This document shows positions 18,487 through 28,697 of a DNA stretch of 64,000 nt, piece by piece. Where the stretch lies: positions 18,956 to 82,955 of the forward strand of contig JBCLFD010000001.1 in assembly GCA_038912545.1 (NCBI GenBank), read 5' to 3'. The notes below the pieces were generated by a model. The model saw only the letters and a list, made by a program, of their open reading frames with translations, did not search any database and had not been told where the DNA came from. Every line of letters starts with the position of its first letter. Position 1 is the stretch's first letter. Source of the stretch: Minisyncoccia bacterium. Lineage in GTDB: Bacteria; Patescibacteriota; Minisyncoccia; Phycocordibacterales; Phycocordibacteraceae. Position numbers and translations under genes: made by a program.

Positions 18487-19839
18487 ATGGATAAAAGAAA
18501 TACGAAGGAGCTCTGGGAATATATCCTCGCCCAGGTTGAGCTCTCTGTTTCTCCTGCCAACTTCAATACCTGGTTCCACAACAGTTTTATCGTTAAAATC
18601 GGCGATGATGGAGTCGTCCATCTTGGGGTGCCAAGTCAGTTCTTCAAAGATTGGTACACAAAAAAATTTCATTCGCTCTTGCTCAAAATCCTGCGCGACA
18701 TTTCTTATGAATTCCGAAACATAGAGTATGTAATCATTAAGGATGAGCGCCGAAAGGCGTCCAGGGAGGTTAAGAATACGTGGGGGGCGCTTGAGCTTCC
18801 GCTAGATGAGTTCTATATCAACCGAGCAGATAATTTAAATCCGCGATACACCTTTGACACGTTCGTCGTGGGCGACTTTAACAGTCTCGCGCACGCGGCG
18901 TCTCAGGCGGTGATTAATCGTCCGGGTATTACCTACAATCCTCTTTTTGTGTACGGCGACACCGGCAGAGGGAAGACCCATCTCATACAGGCGATCGGGA
19001 ATCAATTTAAAAAACAGTATCCGGGCCGAAAAGTATTTTATCTCACTTCGGAAAAATTTACCGTTGATTACACCGACTCGGTGCAGGCGGGGACCGCTAA
19101 CCGTTTTAAAGATAAGTATCGACAGTACGATCTTCTTATTATGGACGATGTTCAGTTCTTATCAAAAAAAGAAAAAACTGAGGAGGAACTATTTCATCTC
19201 TTCAATGCGCTTCATGATGCAAATAAACAGATAATTTTCTCTTCGGATCGCCCCCCAATCGCAATCCCCGATATCGCCGAACGGCTGAAGGGGCGCTTGG
19301 CGAGCGGAATGTCAGTAGATATTGGCGAACCGGATTCTGAAAGCCGTATGGCGATCGCACGGAAGAAGGCCGCCTCGCATGGAGTTATGCTTTCCGACGA
19401 AGTAATAGAGTACGTCGCGGTCTCTCTTTCGGGCTCAATACGTGAATTGGAGGGTTTGGTGAATAATCTTATTTGTAGTGCTCAAGTCAAGGGTGTTGCT
19501 CCGGATATTGCGGAGGTGCGTAAATCACTCCGTTCGTTCACTCGTCCGCAGAAAAACATCTCTGTAAAAAATATTGTGGATAAGGTTGCGGAGTTCTATG
19601 GTATTAATGAAGAGAGTATTTATGAAAAAACCCGTAGAAGGGAGGTGGTGCGCCCTCGCCAAGTTATTATGTATCTTCTAAGGGAAGATTTTAATATTTC
19701 ATATCCAACTATTGGTTCAAAAATCGGCGGTCGCGACCACACAACAGTTATCCACTCATGTGAGAAGATAAAGCGTGAGGTGCTTGTGGATAACGTCTTA
19801 GCAAAAGAGATTCAGAATATACGAAGTCTTCTTGTATGA
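18487..19839 (+). CDS. dnaA: Chromosomal replication initiator DnaA
   Basis: YNPLFVYGDTGRGKTHL, DDVQF, GGRDHTTVIHS. Confidence 0.98.
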   Translation: MDKRNTKELWEYILAQVELSVSPANFNTWFHNSFIVKIGDDGVVHLGVPSQFFKDWYTKKFHSLLLKILRDISYEFRNIEYVIIKDERRKASREVKNTWGALELPLDEFYINRADNLNPRYTFDTFVVGDFNSLAHAASQAVINRPGITYNPLFVYGDTGRGKTHLIQAIGNQFKKQYPGRKVFYLTSEKFTVDYTDSVQAGTANRFKDKYRQYDLLIMDDVQFLSKKEKTEEELFHLFNALHDANKQIIFSSDRPPIAIPDIAERLKGRLASGMSVDIGEPDSESRMAIARKKAASHGVMLSDEVIEYVAVSLSGSIRELEGLVNNLICSAQVKGVAPDIAEVRKSLRSFTRPQKNISVKNIVDKVAEFYGINEESIYEKTRRREVVRPRQVIMYLLREDFNISYPTIGSKIGGRDHTTVIHSCEKIKREVLVDNVLAKEIQNIRSLLV

Positions 19840-19951
19840 AAACTTCTCATTCTCTTATCCACACAATGTGTTTGGTATATACTAAAAAATATCCTTATAA
19901 CCATTCGTATATTAAGTTTTTCCACTTATACACAGGACTAATAGCATCTAT
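19840..19951. promoter_or_regulatory. Probable oriC (DnaA boxes, AT-rich)
   Basis: TTATCCACA 19855-19863, TTATACACA 19926-19934 preceded by TTTTCCAC; more boxes inside the 3' end of dnaA (TGTGGATAA 19575, 19785) and at 18408. Confidence 0.8.
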
Positions 19952-21052
19952 ATGAATATTTCAATAGAAAAAAAGAAATTTATAGAGTCTGTGCATATCG
20001 TCGCGCGATTTGCACAACGCAAGGAGGGGACGCTCGCTGCACTTTCGTCCATTCTCATTATCGCCAGTGATGATGGAATTAAAATGCGCGCCACTAATCT
20101 TGAGACCGGTATTGATCTCACTTTAGAAGGGAAACATACAACAAATGGCGCAGTAGCGATCCCCGCAACCATTCTCGGACAAATTGCACACTCTATTTCT
20201 GGAGAAGGATTCATTACACTTGAACACATTGGCGACGTCGCCACTCTTAAAAGCGGAACTGGAAAAAGCTCTATTAAAACAGTCCCGTACGAGGATTTTC
20301 CATCTATTCCTTTCCCCGAGAATCCAAAAAACAGGATTGTTATTTCAGGAACTCTCCTTAAAAATCTTTTTAGTTCCATAGCACCTTGTGCATCCACATC
20401 AACCATTCGTCCAGAATTGGCGAGTGTGTATCTCTCTATTGAGGGCGGAATACTCACTATCGCCGCAACTGACTCTTTTCGTCTTGCTGAGAAAAGGGTC
20501 CCATTAAGCAACAATGGAATACAAGGAAAATTTCTCATCCCAGCAAAAAACGCACTTGATATATCACAGGCGCTCCCAGATGAAGATATTATTATGTCGT
20601 TTGACGAGCATCAATGCGCTTTTATTTCGCCAAGCAGTATGATCGTCTCTCGTCTTACAAGCTCTGTATATCCAGACTATCACCAAATTATTCCAAAAGA
20701 ATCAATCGTTGATGCTGTCATTCTACGCAAAGATTTTGAATCGGCATTGAAGTGCACATCCATCTTCTCCGATACGTATCAGAAGGTGCGCATAAATTTT
20801 GATCCAAAAAAGAATCAATTCAGTATTTATGCACACAATACCAATATTGGAGAATCACTAGAAACACTCTCAGCACAAACACACGGCAGTCCTCTAGACC
20901 TTTCGTTTAATCACCGCTACCTATCAACAATACTCTCACTCACTTCTGCAGAGAGTATTTCGTTCACCGCTGCTGGTATAGGCCGACCACTTATAATTAA
21001 AGGTGTCGGCGACGCCTCACTCCTCTATCTCGTCTCACCAATGAATCAGTAA
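19952..21052 (+). CDS. dnaN: DNA polymerase III beta clamp
   Basis: ATNLE, RPELASV, ATDSFRLAE, YPDY, C-terminal LVSPM; follows dnaA. Confidence 0.96.
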   Translation: MNISIEKKKFIESVHIVARFAQRKEGTLAALSSILIIASDDGIKMRATNLETGIDLTLEGKHTTNGAVAIPATILGQIAHSISGEGFITLEHIGDVATLKSGTGKSSIKTVPYEDFPSIPFPENPKNRIVISGTLLKNLFSSIAPCASTSTIRPELASVYLSIEGGILTIAATDSFRLAEKRVPLSNNGIQGKFLIPAKNALDISQALPDEDIIMSFDEHQCAFISPSSMIVSRLTSSVYPDYHQIIPKESIVDAVILRKDFESALKCTSIFSDTYQKVRINFDPKKNQFSIYAHNTNIGESLETLSAQTHGSPLDLSFNHRYLSTILSLTSAESISFTAAGIGRPLIIKGVGDASLLYLVSPMNQ

Positions 21053-22056
21053 CGGATAATGGTAGATGTTGAGACTGGTTGCTGTGGAGCTTCACTAAGC
21101 TCGTTGTAGGATATGTTTTTAGTATACAACTCTGTCGCAAGAGGTATGCCAAAATAACGCCAATGCCATGGTTCATATATATATTCATTAGCACTTCCGG
21201 ATTGAAATGTTGCTGGATATGAGAGATTGAAACCATAACGCCACGCATTCTGAGTGAGCCACACAGACTCTAGAGTTGAAGCGAAATTATCAGTGGAACA
21301 ACTATACTCAACCGACGATCCAGTAAGATCAATCGCCGTACCAATCTGATGTTCGGAGTGGTAAGGCTGTGCCACCTCATTAAATGCCAATGTTCCTTTT
21401 ATAGCTAACCACTGATTTAAAACATAATTCTGTATATTGGGACCACGGTATCCTGAACAGACTCTCAAAGAAATGCCATCTGTGCGAGCGGCACGAAAGA
21501 GGTTGACTAATGCATCTGCGGTAGACTGCTGAACACAAATGATTCCACTCGTCCTCACTAATGCAGAGATATCTACCAAGCCAGTTGGGATATAGGACTG
21601 TGGCAGACCGTTCTTGCGCGTAACATGTATAAGCGAGAGATCGGGCGACGAAGTATCCGCAACAGGACAGAGTTGTTGATAAAACAACCGGTTCAAAATT
21701 TCACGTGTCGCCGCATCAAATATTCCTGTTTGAGCGAGCTGATACTCATTTTGGAAACGGAGGAAAGCGCTTTGGGTAAACGAACCCCAATAACCACTCA
21801 CAATTCCTTGGGGATAGATACTGGGGTCAGTTGCGAATGAACGCTGCACAAGACTTACATCAGTTCCACTTGAACCGCCGACCAACGTTCTGACAAACCC
21901 TCCCAGGCTCTGCCATAGCCGAAGCGTTGGAATATCAATCTGGCCGATAGCCGCTCCAAGAAACCGCAATGGGGTTAATAATTCTTTTGGAAATAGTAAT
22001 CCGAGTCCGAGAATAAGAAAGACGACTCCTCCAAGTGCGAGCGACCACATCTTCAT
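21046..22056 (-). CDS. D-Ala-D-Ala carboxypeptidase (VanY/M15B) with peptidoglycan-binding domain
   Basis: SGYR, SEHQIGTAID, YEPWHWRY; GYWG.FT..A...FQ PG-binding motif. Confidence 0.88.
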   Translation of the reverse strand: MKMWSLALGGVVFLILGLGLLFPKELLTPLRFLGAAIGQIDIPTLRLWQSLGGFVRTLVGGSSGTDVSLVQRSFATDPSIYPQGIVSGYWGSFTQSAFLRFQNEYQLAQTGIFDAATREILNRLFYQQLCPVADTSSPDLSLIHVTRKNGLPQSYIPTGLVDISALVRTSGIICVQQSTADALVNLFRAARTDGISLRVCSGYRGPNIQNYVLNQWLAIKGTLAFNEVAQPYHSEHQIGTAIDLTGSSVEYSCSTDNFASTLESVWLTQNAWRYGFNLSYPATFQSGSANEYIYEPWHWRYFGIPLATELYTKNISYNELSEAPQQPVSTSTIIRY

Positions 22057-22078
22057 AAGAATATAATACCAGTTTTAG

Positions 22079-24250
22079 TTAGGTAGAGGTCGCAATGGGC
22101 TCAGTTGGTACAGGAACAGAAAGTGGAACAGGAAGCATCACTCCGCCGGAGAAAAGTTCCGGACGAGAGGAGTACAACGCACTGACGCCATATTCCCAAG
22201 CGGCGAACTGGGGATCTTGTTCGGGATTCGCCAGTGGCGGGCCTTGTGGATTATTTTTATCTGTCCAATATAAAAGACTATGTGGAATGATTTGGCCGGA
22301 CGCATCAATGATACGCCAATTCCCCTGAAGAATTGGTGGTACCGACGAGAATATAGGACTCGGCTGACTGAAATATGTCCGCGGATACTTAGAGAGAGCA
22401 TATGCCATCGACTCATTCCACATCGGTGCGGCAATAAGTCCCGCGGTCGATTTTGCTGGTGTATTCTCGTTATTGCCGACCCAAACACCAAGCGCGATGG
22501 ATGGGGCGTAGCCGATCGTCCACGCATCCCGAGAATTATCTGTCGTACCAGTTTTGACCGCCACATCGTATCCCGGAATAGTGAGAATACCATTAAGAGG
22601 ATATTCAGGAACACGCGCGGGATCGTCGGAGAGCATTGCTGATATATCACGCGCGATATTTTCAGGAAGTACACGCGATGGATTATTGGTGAATGATTGA
22701 AGGACGCTTCCTTGTGCATCGGCAACTTCTAGGATGCCGGTGGGGATGTTCTTCACACCATCATTCGCGAAAGCCGCATACGCGCCGACCATATCAAGTA
22801 GACGCACCTCGCCACCTCCAAGGACGACCGTGAGACCATATTGCGAAGCGCTCCCAAGAGTAGTGAGACCCATAGACTTCGCCAGATCAATCGCTTTTTG
22901 TATGCCGACGAGGTAGAGAACTTTGACGGCGGGTACGTTAACAGATTGTGCAAGCGCAGTCTCAAACGTCATTGGACCGCGATATTTATTATCATAATTC
23001 CTTGGTGCATAGCAGGGTGCCGTTCTATTGAAGGTGTCGGAGGGTTGGCAGCTGGTGGAGAATTGTGTGGGAACATCAAAGATGACGGTGTTGCGCGTAT
23101 ATCCACTCATTAATGCGAGAGAATAGATAAACGGCTTCATGGTGGAGCCCGGTTGGCGAAGTGCGAGCGCCGCATTATATTGACCATCAATTTTTTTATC
23201 AAAAAAATCGCGTGAGCCGACCATCGCCAAAATCTGTCCAGTCGCAGGATCAATAGCGACAAGGGATCCATTCTTTGCCCCACCACCCGCTTCGTTTTTA
23301 AGTGCATACTTATTTACAATAGATTCAGCTTTCACTTCCAGGTCTGCATCAAGCGTCGTCGTCACTTTCAATCCAGAGACGAGCGCGCTCGTGCCATACT
23401 TCATTTCAAGTTGACTTAAGATGTAGAACACGAAGTGTGGCGCTACAATGGTGTTCCGGCCGGTCGGCGCAAAGGAGACCTTCTTAGTCTTCGCTGTCGC
23501 GTAATCGTCGTCACTGATGAATCCGAGCATGCGCATACGTTCCAGTACGAGATTCTTGCGCGCGTCCAACTCATCGCGGTTAGGGCCATAGGGAGAGAGG
23601 CGACTCGGCGCCTGGATCATCGCCGCGAGGTACGACGACTCCGCGACCGGTAGGTCTTTCGCTGACATGCCGAAGTGTGACTCGGCCGCCGCCTCAATGC
23701 CGTAAAGAGTACCACCATATGGAGCACTATTTAGATAGGTCTCAAGAATTTGGTCTTTTGAATACACTTGTTCCAATTTGATAGCGAGTATGAGCTCGTG
23801 AATTTTCCGGATGATGCTTTTTTTGCTCGTAAGAAGAGTGTTTTTCACTATCTGCTGGGTGATGGTTGATCCACCTTGTGCCAAGGACCCGCCGAGGGCG
23901 TCGGCGAGCATTGCGCGGATGATGGAAGTGATACGGATGCCACCATGCCCGTAGAAACTGGAATCCTCTATAGCAATAGTTGCGTTAATCGCGCTTGGCG
24001 ACACAGCAGCAAGCGGCACCACTTCGCGCCTACTGTCACGATTGTAGTCGTAGAGCAATACCTGGCCGGTGCGGTCGTAGATCTTGGTGGACTGATTCAC
24101 TTGGCGATTGGCAAACGATCCAATACTCGGCACGGGCGTAATTGCAACAGTAATGAGAAGCGCCCCAGCGAGAAAGAATCCGACGCCAAGGAGAGTAAAA
24201 ACCACAATAAGAATAATATGGTGCGTTGGTCCGCGCCGGCGGGGGAACAT
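22079..24250 (-). CDS. Class A penicillin-binding protein (transglycosylase/transpeptidase)
   Basis: EDSSFYGHGG, GGSTITQQ, RQPGSTMKP, SVN, KTGT. Confidence 0.95.
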   Translation of the reverse strand: MFPRRRGPTHHIILIVVFTLLGVGFFLAGALLITVAITPVPSIGSFANRQVNQSTKIYDRTGQVLLYDYNRDSRREVVPLAAVSPSAINATIAIEDSSFYGHGGIRITSIIRAMLADALGGSLAQGGSTITQQIVKNTLLTSKKSIIRKIHELILAIKLEQVYSKDQILETYLNSAPYGGTLYGIEAAAESHFGMSAKDLPVAESSYLAAMIQAPSRLSPYGPNRDELDARKNLVLERMRMLGFISDDDYATAKTKKVSFAPTGRNTIVAPHFVFYILSQLEMKYGTSALVSGLKVTTTLDADLEVKAESIVNKYALKNEAGGGAKNGSLVAIDPATGQILAMVGSRDFFDKKIDGQYNAALALRQPGSTMKPFIYSLALMSGYTRNTVIFDVPTQFSTSCQPSDTFNRTAPCYAPRNYDNKYRGPMTFETALAQSVNVPAVKVLYLVGIQKAIDLAKSMGLTTLGSASQYGLTVVLGGGEVRLLDMVGAYAAFANDGVKNIPTGILEVADAQGSVLQSFTNNPSRVLPENIARDISAMLSDDPARVPEYPLNGILTIPGYDVAVKTGTTDNSRDAWTIGYAPSIALGVWVGNNENTPAKSTAGLIAAPMWNESMAYALSKYPRTYFSQPSPIFSSVPPILQGNWRIIDASGQIIPHSLLYWTDKNNPQGPPLANPEQDPQFAAWEYGVSALYSSRPELFSGGVMLPVPLSVPVPTEPIATST

Positions 24251-24277
24251 TAGAGCGTATGCTACCACGCATCCTGC

Positions 24278-24754
24278 TTATGAGTGGGGAAGGCTGATGG
24301 AGAGGCCGGCGATGCCCACCGCGATAGCATCTAACTCATCATCCATCCGCTTCTTTTTTGATAGAGCGACAAGATGCGGAATCATTCGGGCGATAGCTTT
24401 TTTATCCGCTCCACCGTGGCCGGTGACGGCAAGCTTCACTTGTTGGGGCGAGCATTCAATGATGGGGATTTTTTTGCTACCCACTGCAGCGAGAATGGCA
24501 CCGCGAGCTTCAGCAACACCAAGAGCGGTACGTACATTCGTACTAAAAAAGAGTGTCTCTATGGCGAGAGCATCAGGAGAATATTTCTTAATAGCTTTTA
24601 CCACCGCTTCATACACGCACGCGAGGCGTGCCTCGCGTGCGCCCGAGGGAGGTTGAATACAGTCGCTCATAACAACCGTCGGCCGCGACGGATCTCCTTC
24701 AACCACCGCCACTCCAAGCCGGTCGTATCCCGGGTCAATCGCCAGTATTCTCAT
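24278..24754 (-). CDS. ruvC: Holliday junction resolvase RuvC
   Basis: ILAIDPG, AIETLFF, VTGHGGADK, DDELDAIA. Confidence 0.95.
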   Translation of the reverse strand: MRILAIDPGYDRLGVAVVEGDPSRPTVVMSDCIQPPSGAREARLACVYEAVVKAIKKYSPDALAIETLFFSTNVRTALGVAEARGAILAAVGSKKIPIIECSPQQVKLAVTGHGGADKKAIARMIPHLVALSKKKRMDDELDAIAVGIAGLSISLPHS

Positions 24755-25292
24755 ATCCACGCGCATTGGTGTAGACGCACTGCACCTCGTCGTGTTCATC
24801 AAGTGCATTCAGAATCATTCCCAATTTTTCGCCGTCCTCGTCAGAGAGATCCATAAGTGGCTCGTTCGGCTCATAGGCGCCTTCGTAATCCTTCGTGAAT
24901 GCCCAGCTCGCGGCACCTGGATTCGCGAGCTCCACGCCGTTTAAAACAAGGAGGTGTTTTATTTCTTGGGTCGTACGGTTTTTGTTATCAGTGAAAGCAT
25001 CCACAATAAACGCGGTGCCACCTGGGCCGTATGCTTCATAGATAACTTGTTCTAGAGTGCCCGCGTCCTTTGACGTGCCTTTCGCGACCGCGCGTTCAAT
25101 GTTGTTTTTAGGCATATTCGCGGCCTTCGCGCGCGCGATAACTGCTGAGAGGCCGGGTGAGGTCAATATTCCATTCGCTTTTTTAGACTCAACAGTGATG
25201 GTGCGCGCGAAGCGCGCGAAGATACGGCTCTTCGCCGCATCAGTGACGCCCTTCTGGCGCTTAATCTGTGACCATTTGTTGTGTCCGGACAT
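24735..25292 (-). CDS. YebC/PmpR family protein (short form)
   Basis: MSGHNKWSQIKRQK, NMPK.NIERA, YEAYGPGG, TDNKNRT. Confidence 0.93.
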   Translation of the reverse strand: MSGHNKWSQIKRQKGVTDAAKSRIFARFARTITVESKKANGILTSPGLSAVIARAKAANMPKNNIERAVAKGTSKDAGTLEQVIYEAYGPGGTAFIVDAFTDNKNRTTQEIKHLLVLNGVELANPGAASWAFTKDYEGAYEPNEPLMDLSDEDGEKLGMILNALDEHDEVQCVYTNARGYENTGD

Positions 25293-25297
25293 AAGAT

Positions 25298-25332
25298 AGT
25301 AAGAAGTAAGCAGTAAGCAGTTTGCAGTAGGC
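25298..25332. repeat. Degenerate 7-bp tandem repeat
   Basis: AGTAAGA AGTAAGC AGTAAGC AGTTTGC AGTAGGC. Confidence 0.7.
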
Positions 25333-25347
25333 AAAGAGTAAATGCAA

Positions 25348-26367
25348 TCAGAATAATTCTGTTGACTCACCCTGAAGATATTCGCGGCCTTTTGAAGTGA
25401 GGATGCGTCCGCGCGAGGAACGTTCAATGAATCCAAGGCGAAGCAGGTACGGCTCGTAGACGTATTCAATTGTGTCGGGGTCTTCGTGGAGCGCGGCCGC
25501 GAGCGCGCGGATGCCCGCCGGCCCGCCACGGAAGCTCTTTTGGAGCGTCTCCAGATAGCGCCGATCGTCTTTCGTGAACCCAAGCGCGTCAATGCCAAAG
25601 AGTTCGCACGCTTCGTCGCAGAGTTCTGCCGAGAGCGGGCGATTATGAACCTCGGAAAAGTCGCGGACGCGCTTCAGGAGTGAGTTGGCAACGCGCGGAG
25701 TAGCACGGCTCCGCGCAGCGACTCGCTCAATGACCTCTTCGGGCGCCTTAAGCTTCAGGAGTTTCGCAGATCGCCGTAGGATGTCGCGAATGTCGGCGTC
25801 TTCATAAAAATCCAGTTGGAAGATACCACCGCCGAAGCGCGAACGGAGAGGGCCGGATAGATCTGCGACGCGCGTCGTCGCGCCAACGAGCGTGAAGGGT
25901 GGGAGTGCGAGTTCCACTGTTCGCGCCGACGGGCCCTTCCCGAGGATGAGGTCCAAATGAGAACTCTCCAGCGCGGGATACAGAAGTTCTTCAATCTTAT
26001 GCGACAGCCGATGGATTTCATCTATAAAAAGTACGGTTCCCGGTTCTAGATTGGTGAGAATAGCGGCGAGGTCGCCCGCGCGTTCAATAGCGACACCTGA
26101 GGTGCTCTTCAGTGGGGTGCCGAGCGTTACGGCGACCAAGTACGCAAGCGTCGTCTTACCAACCCCTGGTGGTCCATAAAAAAGAATGTGTTCGGGCATC
26201 CCTCCGCGCTTCTTAGCGGCATCAATAGCGATGCGGACATTCGCCTTTACCTGCTTCTGTCCGACATATTCGTCCCAGTGCGATGGGCGTAGGGCGGCGT
26301 CCAAGTTTTGTGGCGAAACATAAGAGACGGAGGGGCCTTGGCCCGAGCTTTGTCGAGGGGTTGACAT
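25348..26367 (-). CDS. ruvB: Holliday junction helicase RuvB
   Basis: LRP...EYVGQ, GPPGVGKTTLA, FIDEIHRL, GATTR, LRSRFG. Confidence 0.96.
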   Translation of the reverse strand: MSTPRQSSGQGPSVSYVSPQNLDAALRPSHWDEYVGQKQVKANVRIAIDAAKKRGGMPEHILFYGPPGVGKTTLAYLVAVTLGTPLKSTSGVAIERAGDLAAILTNLEPGTVLFIDEIHRLSHKIEELLYPALESSHLDLILGKGPSARTVELALPPFTLVGATTRVADLSGPLRSRFGGGIFQLDFYEDADIRDILRRSAKLLKLKAPEEVIERVAARSRATPRVANSLLKRVRDFSEVHNRPLSAELCDEACELFGIDALGFTKDDRRYLETLQKSFRGGPAGIRALAAALHEDPDTIEYVYEPYLLRLGFIERSSRGRILTSKGREYLQGESTELF

Positions 26368-26404
26368 AAAATGTGACTATGCTAGCATTCTATCATAGAT
26401 TTTT

Positions 26405-26564
26405 GATCCTGTTCATACTCCTCTAGGCAAGGCTTGACGGCTTCGGGCGTTTCCCCAAGGACTTTCTGGTCCGCTCCTTGAGAGCGGCAGCTGGAATCAT
26501 CCTCAGGTGATTCGTTCACCCCACTTCATTGTGGGTTATTGCCTTGAGGACTATGGACGGGATT
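26405..26564 (+). ncRNA. Structured non-coding RNA candidate (6S-like size; family unassigned)
   Basis: 26-bp terminal helix 26405-26430/26539-26564 (24/26 paired, 3 G-U on the + strand), internal hairpins, upstream TTGACA-16-TAGCAT. Confidence 0.6.
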
Positions 26565-26570
26565 TTGTAT

Positions 26571-28223
26571 TTAATGGGGGAGGTCAACCGTAGAGGCGAC
26601 TTCGGAGAGGGAGGTGATGCCGGCGAGGGCTTTGACGATGCCGTCCTGCGCCATCGTGAGATACCCCTGTTTCGCTGCCATTTTTGCGATGTCATTTGAA
26701 GAGGGATTGTCGCGGAGGAATTGTGCGAGCTCATCGTCCATAAATATCGCTTCGTAGAGGCCGACACGGCCTTTGTAACCCGTTTCGTCTGCACTCGCGG
26801 GGGCTGGTTCCCACACCGTTTCTATTTTTTCTGGTATCAAACTCTTATCGGCAAGTGGTTCAAAAACTTTTGCAATCATTTTTTTCTCTTCGTCGGTAAG
26901 CGGGCGTTCTTTTTTCTGTTCCGGATGCAGGCGGCGCACAAGTCGCTGTGCCATAGAGACCGTGATGGAGGAGCCGAAGGATTTCGGGTCCGCGCCGAGG
27001 TCTGCGAGGCGCGGATAGGTGCCTGAGGCATCATTAGTGTGGAGCGTAGAGAAGACGAAGTGCCCCGTAAGCGCGGCTTGAATAGCGATGTTCGCGGTCT
27101 CGCCGTCGCGGATTTCTCCGACCATAATCACATCCGGGTCCTGGCGCACTATTGAGCGGAGCCCTTCGGCGAAGGTATATTTCTTAGCATCCACCTGCGT
27201 CTGCACAATGCCGTCCAAGTGATATTCAATCGGATCTTCTATTGTAATCACTTTTATTTCGGGCGATTGAATCTCGCGAAGGAAAGAATAGAGAGTGGTT
27301 GTCTTACCGCTTCCCGTAGGCCCCGTGGTGAGCAACATCCCGTTCGGTCGTCTAATCTCGGTCTCTAACCGCGCAAGGAGTTTCGCATTAATACCAAGCT
27401 CAGCATACGACACCTTAGTACTCTTAGGGTCCAAGATACGCAGGACGACCGACTCTCCGTAATTGCCTGGGATGAATGAGGAGCGCATTTCGATCTCAGT
27501 GTCGCCACGCGCGACAGAGAAGCGTCCGTCCTGCGCACGATTTGAAATGTTGAGCTTCACCCCGGATAGCAGTTTGATGCGCGAATTCAGTTGATGATAC
27601 ATAGCGGGCTCAAAAAAATAAATATCAGTGAGGAGACCGTCAATGCGCATCCGAAGACGCGTTTTATCTTCTTCGGGCTCAAAGTGGATGTCGGATGCGC
27701 GAAGCTCAAAAGCGCCGGCGAGCACGGTTTCTAGGATGTGAGTGACGCGGTCAAGCGACTTCAGTGCGGCGCCGGCCTCCAATTCTGCAACGAAGGCATT
27801 GCGAGACGCGAACGTTGTGTGTGGCAGGACGAAGACCCCCGGCTTTGATTCAACCGCGTGCGAGAGGTCGGCGTAGCGAGCGAAAGCGCGGTCCAGCGAC
27901 TTTTGCGAGACAAGAAATTCTTTAAGTACGAAACCGCGCACCACAAGGTCTTCACGGAGTTTCGCGAGCGCTTCGTTGTTCGGATTATGAATAGCAAGTG
28001 ACAACATCTTTGCGGTACGGGCGAATGCCACCACCTCTGCAGCGCGCGCGCCTGCTTCAGGGATAACGCGGATTGCTTCGGCGTCAATATCCGCCATAGA
28101 GAGATCGGCATACTCCATACCGTACTTCTCGGAGAGGATGTGCGCGACGTCTTCTTCTTCGCGTCCGCGCACTTCGTTCAACTTGCGATTTTCCGCGTCG
28201 GTATCAAAAAGTGGGTCTGCCAT
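26571..28223 (-). CDS. Type IV pilus assembly / GspE-PulE ATPase (PilB-like)
   Basis: ASDIHFEP, AQDGRF, TGPTGSGKTTTLY, EDPIEY, RQDPDVIMVGEIRD, STLHTN. Confidence 0.93.
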   Translation of the reverse strand: MADPLFDTDAENRKLNEVRGREEEDVAHILSEKYGMEYADLSMADIDAEAIRVIPEAGARAAEVVAFARTAKMLSLAIHNPNNEALAKLREDLVVRGFVLKEFLVSQKSLDRAFARYADLSHAVESKPGVFVLPHTTFASRNAFVAELEAGAALKSLDRVTHILETVLAGAFELRASDIHFEPEEDKTRLRMRIDGLLTDIYFFEPAMYHQLNSRIKLLSGVKLNISNRAQDGRFSVARGDTEIEMRSSFIPGNYGESVVLRILDPKSTKVSYAELGINAKLLARLETEIRRPNGMLLTTGPTGSGKTTTLYSFLREIQSPEIKVITIEDPIEYHLDGIVQTQVDAKKYTFAEGLRSIVRQDPDVIMVGEIRDGETANIAIQAALTGHFVFSTLHTNDASGTYPRLADLGADPKSFGSSITVSMAQRLVRRLHPEQKKERPLTDEEKKMIAKVFEPLADKSLIPEKIETVWEPAPASADETGYKGRVGLYEAIFMDDELAQFLRDNPSSNDIAKMAAKQGYLTMAQDGIVKALAGITSLSEVASTVDLPH

Positions 28224-28247
28224 ATGCGCAAATGGTACCATGCACAC

Positions 28248-28697
28248 ATGCAGACGCTCACTACTCTTGCGGACCTTGTTGGCGAAGCAAAGCATTTTGT
28301 AGCGTCTCTCGTTCCGGCGCCCTCCGGCGCGACCCTCGTGACTCTCTCGGGCGAGCTCGGGGCCGGTAAGACGGCTTTCGTCCAAGAGGTCGCCCGCGCG
28401 CTCGGCGTTGAAGAAGTCGTAACAAGCCCTACTTTTGTATTAGAAAAAATCTACGCTCTTCCAAATTATGAACACCGTAAGTCCCTATTTGAACGATTGG
28501 TGCACATAGACGCGTATCGCCTTGAGTCCGGCAAAGAGCTTATCCCGCTCGGCTTTGACGAACTTATGGAAGATACCGACAACTTAATCCTGCTTGAATG
28601 GCCAGAAAAAGTTGCCGATATGCTTCCCGAGCCATCGGTACGTATTTCACTCAAAGCGTTCGTGGGCGGTTCACATTCTATTTCTTATGCGCGGTAA
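28248..28697 (+). CDS. tsaE: tRNA t6A biosynthesis ATPase TsaE
   Basis: LSGELGAGKT, VTSPTF, HIDAYRL, LEWP. Confidence 0.95.
   Translation: MQTLTTLADLVGEAKHFVASLVPAPSGATLVTLSGELGAGKTAFVQEVARALGVEEVVTSPTFVLEKIYALPNYEHRKSLFERLVHIDAYRLESGKELIPLGFDELMEDTDNLILLEWPEKVADMLPEPSVRISLKAFVGGSHSISYAR

Noticed and set aside
25298-25332. Tandem heptamers as a CRISPR or guide array
   Set aside because: No spacers, only five degenerate copies; a simple low-complexity repeat.
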